This document shows, in pieces, positions 25,129-39,060 of a stretch of 64,000 nt of DNA; the first letter of the stretch is position 1, and each line of letters starts with the position of its first letter. Under the pieces are notes generated by a model. The model saw only the letters and a list, made by a program, of their open reading frames with translations, was not told where the DNA came from and made no database searches. Source of the stretch: the human T2T-CHM13v2.0 reference genome, Homo sapiens. The translations under genes and the position numbers were made by a program. Where the stretch lies: the NCBI RefSeq assembly GCF_009914755.1, contig NC_060935.1. The stretch is one strand, 5' to 3'.

Positions 25129-27527
25129 ACAAAACACATAATATTTTTCATCATAGCATCTTCAGAAAGGAAAAGCAATGTCTTTCCAATAGGATGGTTG
25201 GTTGAACTACATTTTGTATTTTTTGGAATGAGCATAAACTATATTTTCTGGGGGCTGGAAGCCTGATGTGTTTTCCTCATGGAGGTAGCTTATTATAGTC
25301 ATACACTCCAGAAGGGGAATTCAAAAGGATGGTAATGGTATTAGATAATTTTTAAGTCTGTGTTTTATCCCTCTCTTAATCAGATAATGTTTTTTTAAAT
25401 GCCATGGTTTGAGCACTCCTTGATGACAATATTTTTCTCATTGTGTATTAGGGGACAATTTTGGTGGGAAGTGGGAACTATTTAATCTGTAAAACCAAAC
25501 ATCTTATAACAGCTATTAGTGTGAGATGTAAAGCAGTGTGAAGACATTGGCATAAGCACTTGTTTTCTCTATCCTTCCCTCTCTCCCCTCTATTACACTA
25601 ACTCTGTCCATGCGACTTGGTTAAGACTGCATGGAGATTTTCCTAACAGTCATCCTAGTGCTGAGGGTGGCAGTAGGAGGCCCACGGGACTGTTCATGGA
25701 GGGACATGGACATGAGAACCACCTCTGAAGCAGAAAGAAGAGGAATTATTTTGTCTTTGTGCAAATCACTTTGAAATGTCTCTCTATGGCAGGTTTCTCA
25801 AATAAGGCACCATTAAAATGTTGGTCCAGATAATGTTTTGTTGTGTGTGCTGTGGGCAGGGACCTTCATGTGCTTTGTAGAGGTCATTGGAGAGTGTTTG
25901 GCAGCGTCCCCTCTACATGTCAATAGCACCCCCTTCCTCTTGTAACAACCAAAAATGTCTCCAGACATTGACAAATATTCCACTGGGATTCAAGTCACTC
26001 CTGACAAAGAAACACTGCTCTATGGGCAATTAACAGCTTGATTTTTTTCTTTATATTTGAAAACAGGAAGGGGTTTTTGAAAGTATGTACTAGTTTGATC
26101 TTGGGGAAGGACATGTAACATACTTCTCCTGGTCATTTTAAGAGAGAAAATCTTATCTTCAGAACATTTTAGTAATTTTCAATCTAGCATTTAGTTATAT
26201 GCCTCCTGTATATCTTTGAAATCAGTTGAAGAATGGGAAAAATACCTGGCTCTGTTGGTCTCCAGTCCAGATTCTTTTCTGCCCAGAGTGCTCAGCTCGT
26301 GCCTCTACAATGATGTGTGCATCTATCAAGGGTCAGGGAGAGAGAATAGGAAGCTTCTCACCCTCACTTTACACTTGCTGTGTGTTGAAGATTTGGAAAG
26401 TATGTGTCCCTAATTTTAAAAATTCCATCCTTTTCCCCCATTCCACTCCATCATAATGATGTTTTGTGAGGAATCAGGTAAGTTTATCTATTTTTTTGAA
26501 ATAAATATTTATGCTCATTGATGTTGCACAGATTAAATATATGATGCAGCTTATGTGTGTGAGTAGAATAAATACATATATTTATATTATACATTATTAT
26601 ATAACATTCTTTATGTTCAATCTGACTGTATTATAACTTTCCATTTTATCATTTATCGCAGTCTTATCCTTTTTATAACTGCAAGCATTTCCATTATATA
26701 TACTACATTTGTGACCACGTCTCTTATTTTATATTTTATTTCTAACTTTTAATATTACAAATAATAGTTCAATGCAGTAGTGGGTGTTTTTCTTAATCAT
26801 TTTCTATGCACATCTTTGATCAATTCTTCAAATAGATTGAAAGCAGTAAATTTATTTAACAAATAAATGTTTTAGGACTGAACAGTCATAGTTACAATAA
26901 GTTGTGCTCAAGAGTACCAATTCCCTGAACCATGGCCAACATTGAAGAGTGTAATTAACCAAATCACCAGGCTAATTTTATAGAAAAAAAGATAATACAC
27001 ACAATAAAATGAGCTTCTTCATCTAAAATATATCAATAAAATATAAACACTTGTGAATTAACATCTTAATTAAGTATATCTCCCCATCACTGTAGTGGAA
27101 AATTCAGAGAGGGGTACCATATATTCTAAGCATTATTTTCTAGGATCTCAATATTTGGAGTAAGCTAGGAAAAGGGGATTTGATTTTGATATAATCATAA
27201 GGCAAATTAAACAACTTTACCTCTTTCCTAATGATTCTGTGCCAATGTCTCAACTGAGAAAGATTAATTAAAAGAATTCTATAAGTTTTTTAAATGCCAA
27301 TGTTTTTGTTTGATCTTTGAATTAAACTGTATGTTTTATGCATTTGTATTATACAATGTTGAACTTTTTCAGATTTCCCAAAATTTCTGTTCTTTGCTGA
27401 TAAAAATTAGCTATCCTACTTCTTCTGATATCTTTTTACAGGATACACCCAAAACTAAAATTTAGACTATATAATGGAGAATAAGTTTTAGGTTTTTTTC
27501 TCCTCTAATCCTGCATAAATTGGAGAC

Positions 27528-28463
27528 ATGGGCAAGGAAAACTGCACCACTGTGGCTGAGTTCATTCTCCTTGGACTATCAGATGTCCCTGAGTTGAGAG
27601 TCTGCCTCTTCCTGCTGTTCCTTCTCATCTATGGAGTCACGTTGTTAGCCAATCTGGGCATGACTGCACTGATTCAGGTCAGCTCTCGGCTCCACACCCC
27701 CGTGTACTTTTTCCTCAGCCACTTGTCCTTTGTAGATTTCTGCTACTCCTCAATAATTGTGCCAAAGATGTTGGCTAATATCTTTAACAAGGACAAAGCC
27801 ATCTCCTTCCTAGGGTGCATGGTGCAATTCTACTTGTTTTGCACATGTGGAGTCACTGAGGTCTTCCTGCTGGCCGTGATGGCCTATGACCGCTTTGTGG
27901 CCATCTGTAACCCCCTGCTGTACATGGTGACCATGTCTCAGAAGCTGCGTGTGGAGCTGACCTCTTGCTGCTACTTCTGTGGGACGGTGTGTTCTCTGAT
28001 TCACTCGTCCTTAGCTCTTAGGATCCTCTTCTATAGATCTAATGTGATTAACCACTTCTTCTGTGATCTACCCCCTCTCCTAAGTCTTGCTTGCTCTGAT
28101 GTCACTGTGAATGAGACACTGCTGTTCCTGGTGGCCACTTTGAATGAGAGTGTTACCATCATGATCATCCTCACCTCCTACCTGCTAATTCTCACCACTA
28201 TCCTGAAGATACACTCTGCAGAGAGCAGGCACAAAGCTTTCTCCACCTGTGCCTCCCACCTCACAGCCATCACTGTCTCCCATGGAACAATCCTTTACAT
28301 TTATTGCAGGCCGAGTTCAGGCAACAGTGGAGATGTTGACAAAGTGGCCACCGTGTTCTACACAGTTGTGATTCCCATGCTGAACCCCCTGATCTACAGC
28401 CTGAGAAATAAGGATGTGAACAAAGCTCTCAGAAAAGTGATGGGCTCCAAAATTCACTCCTAG
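27528..28463 (+). CDS. OR5L2: Olfactory receptor family 5 subfamily L member 2 (311 aa)
   Basis: Intact ORF and close paralogue of 11786-12721, with all OR motifs. TM2 reads PVYFF. Confidence 0.93.
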   Translation: MGKENCTTVAEFILLGLSDVPELRVCLFLLFLLIYGVTLLANLGMTALIQVSSRLHTPVYFFLSHLSFVDFCYSSIIVPKMLANIFNKDKAISFLGCMVQFYLFCTCGVTEVFLLAVMAYDRFVAICNPLLYMVTMSQKLRVELTSCCYFCGTVCSLIHSSLALRILFYRSNVINHFFCDLPPLLSLACSDVTVNETLLFLVATLNESVTIMIILTSYLLILTTILKIHSAESRHKAFSTCASHLTAITVSHGTILYIYCRPSSGNSGDVDKVATVFYTVVIPMLNPLIYSLRNKDVNKALRKVMGSKIHS

Positions 28464-29141
28464 GGAAGATTTTATTCACAGAATTCAGGATCCCCAAGTT
28501 GTGGCAAGTGAAGGTTCGTAGGAGGGGTGCAGTGTTGGAGTAGAGAGAAGAAGGAGCTCAGTAGTTATGAGGGATCCTTTTTTGATTCACTTATCTTTGT
28601 TTCTCTTAAATTTAAACTAATAGGATTGAACATATTTCAAAATTTGCAGCCAACTTTTATAAAAATAAATTTGTGATGTTTTAAATGGATATGAGCCACA
28701 ACATTATTAAGATACAAACATTTAGTTTTCTGTAAAACCTTCACAAATCTAGTGAAGAACTCAGAGGAGTTACACTTTATTTCAGTATCCATTTATGGAA
28801 ACTATGATTCTTTTACAAATAAAATTTCCATTATTTATAATGACGATTACACCATCGTCAAAGTGTGTACAGAATGAGAATTCCATATATCTATGCATAT
28901 ATATGTGTTTGTCATTGTTTGATTTTTTATGTTTCTTGTTTTATTCTTCATTATTTTGTTTCTGCTGTTGCAGTGTACAATGTCATTGAAATTTTGGGTA
29001 CTATGTGATTTGATAGATGACGAAAATAATAATTGCAGCGGACTCTAGGGAAATTGCATTAAGGAAGCTGGAATCACATAAAAAGAGCTTAGAATAATCC
29101 CTGGAACATAATTATTAGTTGTCTCTCTCTCTACCTACATT

Positions 29142-29144
<3 letters not shown>

Positions 29145-29182
<38 letters not shown>
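29145..29182. repeat. (CA)n microsatellite
   Basis: Direct reading. Confidence 0.96.
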
Positions 29183-29188
<6 letters not shown>

Positions 29189-29969
29189 ATATAAATATGT
29201 ACAGATAATAATTTAGAACCATTGTTATGAATCACAGCATTTCTGAATTAACCCTCTTCTCTCACTTTATCTTTACTGCTTATCTTCATACTAACCCTAA
29301 AATCTATTGATGAAGAGATGCTTACTGACACTTATGACTTTTAACCTCTGCTCATGTTCTTTGCATGTGTTCTTTTTTTTTTGGCTTAACTTTCTTTTAT
29401 TGTATTCTTTCCATATGTACCTAAACCACATTTCTTAATTCCCTGTTGAATTATATGCACCATTAATGCTTTATTTGTGATTCCATTACGACTTATGTCA
29501 ATTTCCTCATTTTATTTACTTGTTTAAATTAAACTTCTCTCTTTGTGTCTGTAATAATATTAGAAAAGCAATAGGTTTGAGTTTTTCAAAACCGAGATTG
29601 GTGTTTTGACCCTGGTTTTTTAATTTGTCAAGTAATTTAACTTATTTGGTCCTCAGTTTCCTTTGTTTTAGCATTGGATAATAGTTTTAACCTCATGGAA
29701 TTTTATTGAGATTAAAATTTCATAGCATATGTGTACTTACTGACATCAGGAAGAGACTCAGTGTATATCTAAATGAAGTCATTGAAGCTTGGGGTTTATT
29801 TAACTTTTTATCTACTTCATCATCAGTGGCATATGAGAAGTTTTTAAAAAATCTTTTATTTTTATGAAATGCATGGATGAGTAGATATTGGTGAATTTAT
29901 GGTAAGCATATTGGGATTACTATGCAGATTACATTTCGAGAGACTTCAAGAACTGTGAGTTGGTCCACA

Positions 29970-30635
29970 TTGTCACGAATGTTCTAGCAGTCATGGTCTA
30001 CTTAGGAAAACAAATGCTCTGCAGGATCTAATTCATGAAATGTTAGCGATTAGAGGCTCAAAAGAGCACACAGGAGATGCTGTATTATTTAAAGATTGTT
30101 GACTTTAGGAAGTAACTATTGCTCTTGATATTAGAGGGCAATAGGGAAGAAACATTGTCCCCAGAACCTCAGAGCTTCGTGGAAGCAGCTCAGTCCGCCG
30201 GTGTTAATCCCTTGAGGAAGAGACATAACGCTTAGTGTGTCAGGGCCTCTGAGGCTGGGTTAGGACTCAGCAGATTTCCAGTGTCCTGTGGCACGCTCAG
30301 ACATGGTCCAAAGAAGGCTGTGCTAGATGGCTGCTCCTGCCTCTGAAGAGGTTATCATGGAAAGCTGGAACACACCAAGTATCCACTGTGGCTAGATTCA
30401 CACTAAGAGAAACTGGAAAATCAAGAAGAGATGTTCTTCTTCTCTCTTTTCCATTTCCTTCTCATCTTCCCTTCTCCCCCTCCTCCCCTTACCCCCTTAC
30501 TTCCTCTGGCGGATCTAAAAGGAAGGCAGCTAGATAGGACATCTGGGGAATACAGTTTGCAAGCCCCAGCAGCAAGATCACAGCATAAGGACTAGGAGAG
30601 TGGACATGAAAATGAGACTAGGTTCAACAAACACA
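29970..30635. mobile_element. Ancient LTR-like element (family unresolved)
   Basis: GC-richer block with an LTR78/79-like end motif (gaaatacagtttgcaagccccagc-like). Weak recognition. Confidence 0.35.
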
Positions 30636-33150
30636 GCTTCTGAGGGACTTGCGGTGTACAATGCACAGGGTACAAGGAAAACCCTCTTCTCCTATTACCT
30701 AGAGTGTGTACATCTTTCTGTATCTGAACACTTCAGTAAAAATCAAGATTCTTAGTTTTGATCTCTTTATATTAATTATAAATGCAATTGATTCTTGGTA
30801 AAATTGGTAGAACAAATGCAACACAAGGCTGTGGTCACCCTTTAAGATCTGGGGAACAAATTTCCATGGTGCCTAATCACATATTTAATCTAATAATTTT
30901 TCCCACAATTTCTGTATAGTAAGAAGTCCTATATTTTTCTTGGCTATTTTTGGTAATGGTAACTAAGATGAGATTCACTGGGCAGCTTGTTTCAAAGGGA
31001 ATGCCAGTCACCAATAGTAAGCTCTCTTAGCAATTGGTGACCTTGTTGGCCTGATAGAATGGAAAGGGTAATTCAGAATGAGGGAAGGGGTGTAAATGAA
31101 TGAACCACAGGTGGTAGATCTAGCATTTAGGTTCACTTCTCTATTCCATGTTTTGTATCCAGTGAAATGATATATTCAAAGTCAATAAATCACCCAGAAA
31201 ATTGTGTAAAGAAACATTGTCTCTGTAATAATGTATTTTGTACATAATATAGCTTTGGAAAATATCTAAATGCCAAGTTATATAAGACAGTAGATTTATT
31301 TCTGTCTCAACCTGAAAATTAGAGAGAGAAGAGAAAGAAAGGGAGGGATTTGTAAAACATAAGCATCTAATTTTCAATGACATTTTCAACTTTTCTTTGA
31401 AGTTTCTGTTCAATCATTTTCTCTTATTTTCACTGTGTGTTAATGTTTTCCATAATGATTTATAAGATATTCTAGATTTAAAAATTATTAGCTTCTAAGG
31501 ATAAAATTTACAAAAAATATCATAATTTGGTAATGTAATTTAATTTTATATAGCAAGAAAACTTTTTAATAAGTAGTTTACATTTTCATGTTTTTATACT
31601 CATATTTTGGGCAACTTAACAATAAGTGCAGTAAAAATAAATCATAAATATATCCTAAAATATATCCATTATATATTTGTCTCAATTTTATATGATTTGA
31701 TATCTTAAATTTATTGGTTTTTATTTGCTTTGTACATGTTTGTTGAATGAATGTATGCTTACAAAATAAATATCCAGCTTCCATTGCCAAACTATATAGC
31801 AATGTTCGCAACATCATTTATTGAGAGTGCTTTTTTTCCCTATAGGTATTTAATATTCCATTAACATATATACATTCCTCAATAAATTACATTTTTAGCA
31901 TTGAAATGCTAAGAATATTAAGCCTTTCAGCCAAACCTTGAGTAATATTTCAGTCTATACCTCGACTTCTATAATAAAGATACCTCAACTTCTATAATAA
32001 AGAGTATGGCCATATTGTTTTATAATTCAGTTTAATTTTCAAAATACAATATTTTACCTGACAGACTCATTAACACTGTGCAAGGTAGTAATATATAACA
32101 CCTCTCTTCTGTTAGTAACTGTCATATTAATACATAGAAAGAACTATATTATGTCTCTAGTTGTGTACAGTAATTATTGGTGGGGGGAGGGCATTTTTAC
32201 ACACCACTTTTAATGGAACAAATTACAGAGTTCCTTACAAATGTGTTGGCATAACAGTTCACGTTTTTCAACATCCACACTCCAAGGAATCAACCATATA
32301 AGCAGTTATTCATTGCAGACTGAAAATCTCTTCAACAGAAAAGTCAATAACAAGCAAAAAGTGATGCTAAAATTTAAAAATCAATTAAACATGTGAATAA
32401 GCAGCCTTCTTAAGAACACTGGAAACAAATTACAGGGGTAAACTAACCCATATTCTAAAATTTGTTCTGATCCACCAACTTTCATTCTTTTGGAACCACT
32501 TTTTTTACTATTATTATAGGCAATCTAAGCAGAACCATCTTTGAAAATGTGAGAATTAGAGCTAGTTCTGGATATTTTTGGCCTACAGCAAAACGCATTT
32601 TATGTTTCTAATGTTAAAAACATAAATATTGACTTTGAAAAGAAGTTTGTTTCTTTGTTTTTAATATTAGGTCATTAAGGAGTAATATTAATATTTAGGT
32701 GGAGAACACATACGACAAACCAACAGACAGATAACAACACTACCCATTCTATATATAGCAGATTTTGCCTATGTCACTATCCGTGATTTAAGGCAAGCCT
32801 ATCTAAACTCTTTGGCCACAATTTCATCAATAGCATTTATTTTAAAAGACGGCAATAGATTCTGATTACTTTTAAATTAGGCCTTCACATAGCTATAATT
32901 ACCCTAATTATATAGATGATTACACATTTTCCAAGACACAGAAATGCTATCTCTGAAATATTTCTCAACATGTTTCCTTCTTCTCTATGGCCATTACCAT
33001 TTCATAGTTCACACACTGTAAGATTTACCATCATTAGACGTTTCCACAAGAAATAAACTTTGTTAATTAAACCACAACACAGTGATTTCTTTACTGTTAG
33101 CCGTAAGATATATCCAGTCACAGAGATTTTATCATAGATAAAATGACTTA

Positions 33151-33833
33151 TATGTTATCTTCTAGAATTTTTATAGTATCAGGTCTTAGATTTTTAAGTC
33201 TTGATCCATCTTGAGTTGACTTTTTATAAGGTGAGAGATAAGAATCCAGTTTCATTCTCCTATACGTGGCTTGCCAGTTATCCCAGCACCATTTGTTGAA
33301 CAGGGTGCCATTTCCCCATTTTATGTTTTTGTTTGCTTTGTCAAAGATCAGTTGGCTGTAACTATTTGGGTTTATTTCCATTAATCAATGAGTGGATAAA
33401 GAAATTGTGATATATTTATATTTATATTATATATATATATGTATGATATATATAATGGAATACGACTTGGCCATAGAAAGGAATGCATTAATGACATTCG
33501 CAGTAACCCAGAAGGGATTGGAGATTATTATTCTAAGTGAAGTAACTGAGGAATGGAAAAATCAAACATTTTATGTTCTCACTCATAAGTGGGACCTAAG
33601 CTATGAGGATGCAAAGGCATAAGAATGATACAATGGACTTTGGGGACTCAGGGGGAAAGGGTGGGAAGGGAGTGTAGGATAAAAGGCTACAAATTGGGTT
33701 TGGCGTATGCTGCTTGGGTGATGGGTGAACCAAAATCTCACAAATCATCAGTAAAGAACTTACTCATATAACCAAATACGACCCGTTCCCCCAAAACATA
33801 TGGAAATAAAAAAATTTTTAAAAAGAAAAAAAG
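33151..33833 (+). mobile_element. L1PB1-like insertion with a 5' inversion (twin priming)
   Basis: 33151-~33378 is antisense ORF2 (LFNKWCWDNW). ~33379-33833 is sense 3' end plus A-tail. TSD aaatgactta at 33141-33150 and 33834-33843. Confidence 0.88.
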
Positions 33834-34537
33834 AAATGACTTAGAATAGATTAAATATGGTATGGATTCAAATGCAATTGATCTTTGCTAGAATTCTGTT
33901 GGGAAAAAGAACAACAATGGAGTTCATATTAGGATACATTATAAATGGAATTGTTTTGGTACAGTCAAGACTTTTCAATTCACAACTATTAGATATTCAT
34001 ACCTAAGATGTGAGGATCATACCATAAGGTAAGGCTTAAGGTAGGTCCTAATAGTACAGAGTGAAAATCAGGAGGCTATAACGTAATACCTGTGATTTAT
34101 TTCTGGCTGTGGCAACTAACATATGGTCTTTAACCATAGCCTTACTCCTAACATGAAGAGTATCAGAGAGCAAATATTCCAGATGAAAAAAATAAAGCTA
34201 AGGGTTCTCTTTATATATACTTATATTTATATACACTCATGCTTGAGTAGACATAGAAATATCTGAGGTGGATACAGAGGTGAAAGATGAATAATTTGTT
34301 ATCTCCAGGAATCCACACTCTAGTTAGAGAGAAAGCCATGCAAATGTATAAGCAGATAGCTACGTCACACTGTGACCTGAGCAACAATAAAATACAGGCT
34401 GTTCACAGAAATTGTGAGTACCCAAAAATACTGAACTTGGTTGGGAGGAGTCAGAAAATGTCTCAAGGAAGTTTTCACAACTCAGCAATGTTTTGCTGTA
34501 TGGATAAAATAAATGACAATTTAGCAGTGGACTAGTT

Positions 34538-34968
34538 TGTTGGGAGCCAAAAGCCTGAGGGTCATGATCAACTCAGCATTCCACTGGAGGCTATATGATC
34601 AAACAGCAAACTGTTTATCATGAATGCAGAATGTGGGCAAACTCACATCTGTGCCTGCCGCCAGAAGGTATGCTGAGGGCAGTCACTCCCTGGCACCATG
34701 CTTCTTGAGGTTATCTACTGGAACATCTGGAGCCTACTGTTCATGGAAAGCAGTCACGCAAGACAGCACTAAATCAAACAACTGACCGACAATCACCCCC
34801 TTCTCCCTATTTCCTTTACTCAATAAATACGAAGGGCTCTAGAAGCTCAAGGCCCTTGTTCACTAGAAGCAAGGAGCTCCCTGACCCCTTCTTCCAAACA
34901 TACTCTTTTGTTTTTGTCTTTATTCTCGCATTCGTCCTCCTTTGTTCAGTCCACCAGGGTCTGTGGCA
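34538..34968 (+). mobile_element. Solo LTR3-type (HERV-K HML-6) LTR
   Basis: TG...CA termini, 431 bp, actcagcattccactggaggctatatgatcaaacagcaaactg, internal AATAAA. 6-bp TSD ctagtt/ccagtt. Confidence 0.85.
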
Positions 34969-36319
34969 CCAGTTCATGAAATATGCAAATATGTAAAACA
35001 GGACATATGATACATTGATATTGATAATCATGTTTATGGACACTAAAATTTGTATATAAAAATGAAGAGGAATAAGTCTATTAAAAAAGCATTTGGATGT
35101 CAATTTTAGGAACTTGGATATGCACATATAAATAATTACAAATCACTAAGATTTACATGCTGGGGAATAATCCTATTGTAGGGCTGATATAACAGGTTAT
35201 TTTATTTTGCTAGGCTTTGATTTGCACAACTCATGAAGTTTGGTGAGATTTGCATGTTTTACAGGACAATTTGATTACACGTTAATTATCCAAATTGTTG
35301 CAGTTAATATTGATTTTACTTGTAGGTTTTGAAAATTACATTTAAAAACATGAGCAGAATTATTTTATAACTTTTGAGGATGTAATTGTAACTTTCATTT
35401 GTTTAGTTTAGTTTACACATAATTTATGTATATATTTTGGAATAAGTGATATATTCACATGGTCCACTTTCTCTTTTATTATATCAGCCCTGCAAAAACT
35501 CCCCAGTATAGGCATTCAAGAGATATTTTGTGAAGATTTAAACAAATATACAAATACAAGTAGATTTATTTGTAAAGAGTTATTTTAGTGGTAGTGTGAC
35601 AGGCATATATAAGAGGATAAATTTATAGGCATAAGGACCAATTTGGAGGCTATTGAACAGTGCAAGTGTTAAATTATAAAATGACCTAAAGAAATACCAG
35701 TGGTGATGAAGAAGATAATCAAGAATTTCAAGGAAGTTTGGGATTTGAAGAGATTTATGAGTTTGGATGGCTTGATGAAATTTATATGGTAAATCAGAAC
35801 CAAAGAGGAGATGAACAGCAGATATTACTGGTATTATCATTACTATTATTATATTTGTTTACAGGATATGTGGGATGTTTGCAACAACATCAGATACCTT
35901 AATATATTGGTTGTAGCTAGACGTAATTTCTTATGATGACACTGAGAAACAAATTCCAAACGTTTGCAGTCCTGTCCTCTCTATACATGAAGATCGGATC
36001 TGCATCTAATATCCTTGGCAATAATTAACTAAGCAGATGAGAGACCTGAAGGAAGAATCTCCCTGCATCTCTTGTGTGGTTAGTGTAACAGAGAGAACAG
36101 TTAAGATTTGCAAAGACCAAGGGCATGGTAGATATATAAGAAATAATTGTTGAGTAAATAAAAAAGAAAACTCCTGCTATACTTTGTCATTTTACAAAAA
36201 AAAAAAAAAATGGACATGTTGGAAATAATCTTGGAACATAAGGAGATGATATTTCAACTTTTAAGTTAACCTTCATAAAAATGTTGCTAAAGCTGTGATT
36301 GTTTCCTTCATATGAAACC

Positions 36320-36600
36320 CAAATTACATCAGAAAAGAGTCTTTAGTTTTAATGACTTGTTTTGAGTCTCCTGGGGATTAAGGCAACTAATGTTTTCTAG
36401 GTCATGATGCCACTGGGAGTGGTAGTAGAAATAAAAGTCTTAGCATCTCCCCCAGACAAGCTCTCCAGAGGCAGAGGGCGGGGCTACCTTTTCCACCAAC
36501 AGGTTTGTTCTCAGGTCTGAGAAAACGTGGATATTCTTTTACATGTAAAGTATCTAGAAGACACCTTCAATTATTTTCAGTTTTTCCTTGGGAAATTAAT
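36320..36600 (+). promoter_or_regulatory. Putative OR5D16 promoter / first non-coding exon
   Basis: HD-like TTTTAATGA at 36347-36355 next to O/E-like TCTCCTGGGGA at 36367-36377. Donor-like CAG|GTTTGT (GT 36503-36504). Second O/E-like+HD motif TTCCTTGGGAAATTAA at ~36584. Confidence 0.5.
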
Positions 36601-37159
36601 TTGGGGGGAATTTCAAATCACAGAAGATATTATGTATCTGGATATCTGGGGAACAGAAAGTACCCCTTTCCTGCAGAGCTTTGTCTCTGATAGCAGTGTC
36701 TTGAACAACTGTTTCCTGGGAATTGGAGAATAAAAGAGCCCAGAGAGTATTCAGGAATATATAACTCTTTGCTTCTGTAAATTTTTAGAAGAGCTGAGGA
36801 AGGGAGATAGGCATTTACATAAAATTGAATTTTTAAAGGAATAAAATGAACCTTCTGGAGAAACATAGTAAAGGCAACTTAATCTAAATATTTTAGAGCA
36901 TGGAAAAAACAACATGGGGTCATGAAGGCAAAAAGAAAAAGAAAAGGAGGATATTACAAGGAAGAAGATTTTGGACACCACATTGCCCAAAGATAATACA
37001 ATTGTTTAATCCTTGTAATAGTATAATTTGGGATACAAGAAACCATAATATTTAAATTGCACCTCAGTCTTAAATTGAATTCAGTAGAAGATACATTGCA
37101 ATCTATCAGAATCAAGGAAGCAAGGCAGCATAGAGAATTATGCATTCCCTACCCTTCTC

Positions 37160-37352
37160 CTGATGGGAACATTTGGCAGTGTCTGGAAACATTTTTGATT
37201 TTCACATCTGGGTGAGGGCGTGGGGAAGTGAGACTTTCATCTAGCGGATGGAAGACAGAGATGCTGCCACACATGGTATAATGCACAGGGTAGCTTCCCA
37301 AAACAAAGAATAATCCAGCACAGTGTCAGTACTGCTGAAGTTTAGAAACCTT
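37160..37352 (+). mobile_element. MER20
   Basis: acatttggcagtgtctggaaacatttttgatt...gagatgctgc...agaaacc. Confidence 0.75.
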
Positions 37353-37683
37353 CAATGAGAATGAATTTTATAATAGTGAGAAATGGCTAGAAAGTACTGT
37401 CTTTTTACTGGTGCTTTAAATTCTTGCATAAATGAACATATAGCACTATGGAGAGTTCTCGCTGTTGCATGGGACCCTGTTGGTGCTGGAACATTTAGAA
37501 CCTATTTGTTGGTTTACAGAATTGGAGATGACCTTACCATAAATGACAGTTCACATAAGTCTTAATTATAAAGGAATATGATTGAGAGATTTGGGTGTGA
37601 GTGGCTTACAGTACTAAAATGAGGAAAGTGTCAGGTAAACCAGGGTGTATTTCTTGCTATAAGATGCTGGGTTGTTTTGGATA

Positions 37684-37860
37684 TAGAGTTGCAAGATTCA
37701 GCAGACAGAAATGCAAGACACTGAATTAAATTTCAAATTCAGATGAGCAAAAATAGTTTTTACTATGATTATGTTCCACACCATATTTAGGCCATAAACA
37801 ATTTTTTTGTCTACCTGAGATTCAGATTTGACTGGGGTTCTAATTTTTTATGATAACCCC
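37684..37860. mobile_element. MER53 palindromic hAT MITE
   Basis: tagagttgcaagattcagca...ttaaatttcaaattcagat with an inverted counterpart ctgagattcagatttgactg. Confidence 0.7.
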
Positions 37861-39060
37861 GCCCCTATGCCTAAATTTGAGAAACCCCACCATTCTCTCT
37901 GTATTAAAAACTCCTTTCTCATGAATGTCTTTAGAGTGGGGTGACACCTTAAGAATCTCATCTATATTATTGACAGGTAAGAGAAGGACAGAACGAGTGT
38001 CCTAGCTGATGATGTTAAGGGAAAGGAGAGGGGACCTAGAAAAAGAAAATGTCTTCGTCAATGTTTATAGGTTTTTATGATATTTATTCCTGAATGGGGA
38101 CATTTTTCTAACTTCCATTCTCTATGTCTCATTTTGATAAATATTCAGAACACCTCTGCATCCATCAGCACTTTCACTGGGCTAATTTTTATAGTTTTAT
38201 AATCTAAAGATTGTCTTAAATGTGGTCAAAAGAATTAGAAAAATGATATATGAAAATGTAATCTTTACAAAGTAAAATGTTGAAATTTCTATCTGTAATG
38301 TAGAGTAAAGCCTGGCATAGAGAGATGAGTCTATGACTGAGAGTCAAGGAAACTGGGTCCATTGCATCGAATTTGTACCTGTCTTGGTCAAGTCATGCCT
38401 TCTTCAAGCTTCTGTTTGTTTATCTGTAGAATAAAACCATTCAATAGATGTCTTTACTGAAAAACATAAATAATTACTGATTTTGATGTCTGGCCTATTT
38501 AGTTCAAAAGAATAATAACAATTAAAAGGCTGAACTAAAAATTAACCATAGATAGAAATGATAACTCTAAGACTACATTCACTATAACACAATATATGCC
38601 CTTATTATTATTATATAGAAAATAGTTGCAATTATAGAAATTACTTCAGACTCATTTTTTGTTAGAAATTGTTGGACTGATATAAATAGTTATTTTACTT
38701 TACTGGATTTTTCTTTGCAGAACTGGTGAGGTTCAGTGAGATTCAGATGTTTTACATGAGAGTTTTATTATATGTTATCACCTGAATTGCTTGATTTCAT
38801 AATGACAACTGTATGTTTTTAAAATTTTATTTAAGGACATGAACAGAATTAATTTTCTAATTTGGAGAAAGCAACATTTAATGGTAATTCTATTTTGAAA
38901 CTGTAGTTATTCCTGTCTTGACACAGCACCTATCAGGATATTAACAGAGATCTATTTTGTCTCACCTTATATTCTACAGAGGGGATGGTTAAGCTGCTTT
39001 GTCAATCACTTTCAATATTTAATTTCTAAGACTGATTTTCGGATCACACGAAAGGAAAAC

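Larger units (their letters stand above)
16790..29525 (+). repeat. Segmental duplication copy B of the [OR5D-OR5L] cassette (contains OR5D18 and OR5L2)
   Basis: Collinear with 2090-13812 apart from copy-specific insertions and the segment 19830-22870, which is absent from copy A. Confidence 0.92.

Noticed and set aside
31957-32002. 23-bp tandem duplication, and short gtctacaaaataat repeats at ~40205-40280
   Set aside because: Ordinary slippage duplications in AT-rich DNA with no sign of function.
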